Below are positions 60,852 to 64,000 of a stretch of 64,000 bases of DNA, piece by piece. The stretch lies in contig JBJDXJ010000001.1 in NCBI GenBank assembly GCA_051866635.1, forward strand, positions 1 to 64,000, in the 5' to 3' direction. This DNA comes from Clostridia bacterium (GTDB lineage Bacteria > Bacillota > Clostridia > UMGS1883). Made by a program: the position numbers and the translations under genes. Every line of letters starts with the position of its first letter. Positions within the stretch are counted from its first letter, which is position 1. A model generated the notes under the pieces. It was given only the letters and a program-made list of their open reading frames with translations, was not told the origin of the DNA and searched no databases.

Positions 60852-61475
60852 CTAATTACATTTTTTCATATGGGCTCTTGTCAGTCCGTTTTTCTTTCCC
60901 TCAAGGGTAAAGCTAAGGTTACCCATAGATTTATACATAAATCTCGGAAAAGAGGGTTTAACAAAAATTGTATCGCCGCTCCTGTTTTTTTGTATATCTT
61001 CAGATAGTTTTTCAAGCGACTCTCCAACCTTTGCCATAGGACCTTTCCCTATGGGTGCCGCCTGTGTCATGCCGCCTGCACCTACAGCCAAGGCTCTGCC
61101 CTTTTTAAGGGAGCATTTTTCGCACCATTTCCAAACAATTTTTATTGCAATGCTGTTTTGAAAATCATCATAGAAACCGTTATTTACAATTACATAAATG
61201 CGGCTTTCGGAAGCAGTTTCTTTTATAAGCTGTTCCATTCTTCTTAAAAACAAAAGAAAATGTGCCGGGAGACTGTCGGCATATAAAGGGAAGGAAAAAA
61301 CAATGCTGTCGCCCTTTTCTACAGCTCTTAAAAAAGCGTTTTCCGCACTTTCAGGGAAGTTTATCGCATTGTAGATTTCACATACGCCTCCCAGCTTTTC
61401 ATTTAAGGCTTCCAGCAAATATGTAGAGTTGCCGCCCTTACCGTGGGGGCTTCCGCAAATCATTATTGTGCTCAT
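60852..61475 (-). CDS. Flavodoxin-like (NADPH-dependent FMN reductase fold) protein
   Basis: ICGSP..GNS, FPLYADSLP, NNGFY. Confidence 0.8.
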   Translation of the reverse strand: MSTIMICGSPHGKGGNSTYLLEALNEKLGGVCEIYNAINFPESAENAFLRAVEKGDSIVFSFPLYADSLPAHFLLFLRRMEQLIKETASESRIYVIVNNGFYDDFQNSIAIKIVWKWCEKCSLKKGRALAVGAGGMTQAAPIGKGPMAKVGESLEKLSEDIQKNRSGDTIFVKPSFPRFMYKSMGNLSFTLEGKKNGLTRAHMKKCN

Positions 61476-61963
61476 AAAACTTCACTCCTCAATTGGTCAA
61501 GCTCATCGAAAAATTTTACCTCATAGCTTTTCGCACCGAAATTTAAACTGTTAGCTTTTACAAGGTTTTCGGCAATCTGCTTTTCCTCCTCGTCACAAAT
61601 CCCGTAAAAACAAGCTGTCAGCTTAAATGGGTTGCTGTAACGCATTTTATGGTGCATTTCGCCCTTTAAAATGCGAAAATACGGTAAAACATAAGGTATC
61701 GAACGGTCGATTACCGCTTTTATATTTTCCGAATATCCACCGTATAATATGGGGCTTATTAAAACCATCTCATCGCACATAGCTATTTCAGATGGTATAT
61801 GACTGCATCTGTCGTTTATCACGCATTTGCCGGGAGTTTTTACCCAGCAGTTAAAACAGCCCTTGCAAGGCTCTGCAATCGGGTTTGCCGAAAAAAGAAT
61901 ATCACCTGTTCTGCCGGGGTATGAAAAGTTTTTTATGTCATAAATTATTAACCGTCTGCCCAT
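61472..61963 (-). CDS. Iron-sulfur flavoprotein/flavodoxin family protein
   Basis: CKGCFNCWVKTPGKCVIND, SPILYGGYS, MHH..RY. Confidence 0.82.
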   Translation of the reverse strand: MGRRLIIYDIKNFSYPGRTGDILFSANPIAEPCKGCFNCWVKTPGKCVINDRCSHIPSEIAMCDEMVLISPILYGGYSENIKAVIDRSIPYVLPYFRILKGEMHHKMRYSNPFKLTACFYGICDEEEKQIAENLVKANSLNFGAKSYEVKFFDELDQLRSEVL

Positions 61964-62044
61964 TTTAATCCACTCTCCTGATTATTTTCGTTTTCCGTAC
62001 ATTTCCGGAATCAACCCAATCCCCGAAACAGAGGAAAGAATTAT

Positions 62045-62875
62045 CTAGGCCGTAAAAGTGCCCTCTAAATCAGAAATAAAAGTAATATTTAATTCTCCCA
62101 CTCCGCCGTCAATTTCGATGCGGTTACTGCCACTGCCGTAAACGGAGTCGTCTTGCATTTTTGTTCCTTCAAGCCGTGCTTCACCTACACCGCCGTCATA
62201 CTCAATCTTATAATCGTTCCGTTCTCCTATAAGCACAAGATTTGTTTCTCCAATGCCGTAATCAAGATCGCAATTTCCTGTAAGGCGGCTTGTTAAATTA
62301 AGCTCTCCTACGCCCATTTCAATATTGAGATTATTAATCTTTCCGCTTGAAATTGTGATACTGCCTGCACCGCCGTCAATATCAGCTTTTGTATATGCTT
62401 CTATTCTCCGTGCAGTCATTTCCCCTGCACCCAAATCAAAGTCAAGGGTATTGGCATTAAGAGTGTCAATATCAACCCTGCCTGCACCGGTGTTTATATA
62501 TACGTATTCAAAATCCTTTCCTTCAGGCACATAGACAGTAAGCTCTACTCCCTTTGGAAAAACAGCGAAAAACTTTTTTGTTTCCTCTATTTCCAGTACA
62601 TTGTCATTTGTGTTGTAATTAATATACTTATGGTTTGTTTCAAGCTTAAACTTATCACCGGATTTAATATGAAAGTCAATAGCTGACAAATCAACCTTTA
62701 AAATGTCAATATTATCTTCTATATAGTATTCCTGCATTTCTCCTGCCACGTCCCTTCCGCCAAAGAAGAAGGAAAAAGAAAACAAAGCCCCACATATTCC
62801 GCCTATAATATTAACACATAAAAATATAGCAAACGCCAAAGCTAAGTATTTAATAATTTTTTGCATTGTTGTCAT
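62045..62875 (-). CDS. DUF4097-like beta-strand repeat membrane-anchored protein
   Basis: N-terminal TM segment; repeated GAG/GVG/GIG turns. Confidence 0.8.
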   Translation of the reverse strand: MTTMQKIIKYLALAFAIFLCVNIIGGICGALFSFSFFFGGRDVAGEMQEYYIEDNIDILKVDLSAIDFHIKSGDKFKLETNHKYINYNTNDNVLEIEETKKFFAVFPKGVELTVYVPEGKDFEYVYINTGAGRVDIDTLNANTLDFDLGAGEMTARRIEAYTKADIDGGAGSITISSGKINNLNIEMGVGELNLTSRLTGNCDLDYGIGETNLVLIGERNDYKIEYDGGVGEARLEGTKMQDDSVYGSGSNRIEIDGGVGELNITFISDLEGTFTA

Positions 62876-63555
62876 TTAACATCCACCCCTCCGAAAATAG
62901 ATGTGCTGTTCAAGTATACAGTGTAGCAGTTGCCTTTAAAATTCTGATGCTTTTTGTCGTCAACACCGCCGAAAAGTGAAGTTGCATTTACCTTTAAATT
63001 TACGTTTTCGGGAAGGAGGATATCAACACCGCCAAAGATTGCACAAGTGTTTATAACAACATCGCTTTCAAAAACAGTGTTTCTTAAATCGCACTTTATT
63101 CCGCCAAATACAGCCGTAAGCTCACAGCCTGTGAAAACTTCATCGTCAAAATTTATATTCTGTCCTGTAAATGCCGCAAAAGCTGTTTTCATTGTTTCCC
63201 CGTTTTCTTTAAACTTTTTCATTATTTCCGCACTTCTGTTTCCGAAAATGCCTTTAAAAATCATCTTAATGCCTATATATGCAATTATTACAGGCAAGCA
63301 AAGCTTCCAGAGCATATCAAAATTAAGTACATTCTGGCACGCAAGGAGCAAAAACACGCCTATTAAAAGCCCGATTATACTGCCGGTTCTGTCCTGGTTA
63401 TTAAACAAACTTACAAACGAGGGTACAATAATGAACAGTGTCCACCAACCGTCAAAAAATATGTCGATATTTGTAATATTAAGTGCATTGAGTATAAGCA
63501 CCGCACTTACCAAAATTAAAATAATACCCCATAAAATACTGCTTATTCTTTTCAT
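62872..63555 (-). CDS. LiaF-like membrane protein
   Basis: Four N-terminal TM segments (FFDGWWTLFIIVP); repeated (A/S)xFGG motifs and CDLR. Confidence 0.8.
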   Translation of the reverse strand: MKRISSILWGIILILVSAVLILNALNITNIDIFFDGWWTLFIIVPSFVSLFNNQDRTGSIIGLLIGVFLLLACQNVLNFDMLWKLCLPVIIAYIGIKMIFKGIFGNRSAEIMKKFKENGETMKTAFAAFTGQNINFDDEVFTGCELTAVFGGIKCDLRNTVFESDVVINTCAIFGGVDILLPENVNLKVNATSLFGGVDDKKHQNFKGNCYTVYLNSTSIFGGVDVK

Positions 63556-63658
63556 AACTATTACCTCCAAATCAATTTTTCCTTTTACAAAAACTTTTTT
63601 CTACACATTCATGGCATTTATTATAATCAACGCCAAGCCACCGTCAACAGGCAGAAAT

Positions 63659-64000
63659 TCACACCTTCCTACTTTTCAGATAGGGAATTTCCTCTACCCT
63701 TGCACCGCAAAACTGCCCGTCGGAATTTTTTTCGGGCTTTGCGGTAATATGTTCAATGTTTGTTGATTCAATAGCCATCACCATGCCCGCAAATGCCTGA
63801 CCTAATTTTTCGGATATTTCCTCCTCGGTAAAATTACATACCTTCATTGCACACAAAACACCCATACCGAAGGTATGCACCCACATCTGTTCAAACAAGG
63901 TTTCCGCTTGACTGTCCGTCATTTTATAATCTTTTTTTATAAGCTCTATGCAAACAGGTGCCATTTCACCCAAATCGCCTATGGCATCTACAAAGCTCCT
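63659..64000 (-). CDS. TetR family regulator, C-terminal part (start lies outside the window)
   Basis: LFEQMWVHTFGMGVLCA..FTEEEISEKL resembles a TetR ligand-binding domain; HTH not in window. Confidence 0.55.
   Translation of the reverse strand, partial: RSFVDAIGDLGEMAPVCIELIKKDYKMTDSQAETLFEQMWVHTFGMGVLCAMKVCNFTEEEISEKLGQAFAGMVMAIESTNIEHITAKPEKNSDGQFCGARVEEIPYLKSRKV

Noticed and set aside
62954-63766. Long plus-strand ORF (270 aa), and similar antisense ORFs such as 29109-29903
   Set aside because: Antisense to well-supported genes, with no family motifs.

Overview
Chromosomal segment of a spore-forming, low-GC Clostridia-class Firmicute (spoVAE, DUF1540, sigma-G-type promoters, Prp-processed L27). 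Almost every gene is on the minus strand. There are four zones. (1) 1-17.9 kb: large secreted multi-modular glycan-degrading enzymes (LamG protein, GH43-CBM42, GH95, GH78 fused to a SASA esterase, GH141-like beta-helix), plus an S24/S26 peptidase and an AraC regulator. (2) 18-36.7 kb: housekeeping genes (tetR, glmM, U32, zapA with an in-frame TAG, ldh, spoVAE, COG0523 GTPases, thrC, leuS, rsfS, yqeK, nadD, yhbY, obgE, rpmA-prp-rplU with L21 leader) and three small ORFs missing from the ORF track. (3) 36.8-46.3 kb: a secreted GH16 enzyme, an apparently non-catalytic surface protein and two transporters. (4) 46.5-64 kb: a co-oriented array of about 24 short accessory genes with several unusual gene fusions. 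The most notable signals are two recurrent, unrecognised terminal modules shared by the secreted enzymes, which show no dockerin, SLH or LPXTG motif (a candidate alternative enzyme-docking system); a four-copy Trp-rich CBM32-like module; a two-copy ~210 bp multi-hairpin repeat; and a 33-aa N/Q/K-rich putative spore protein. No rRNA, tRNA, CRISPR array or transposase was seen. All family calls come from motif recognition by eye, not from database searches.
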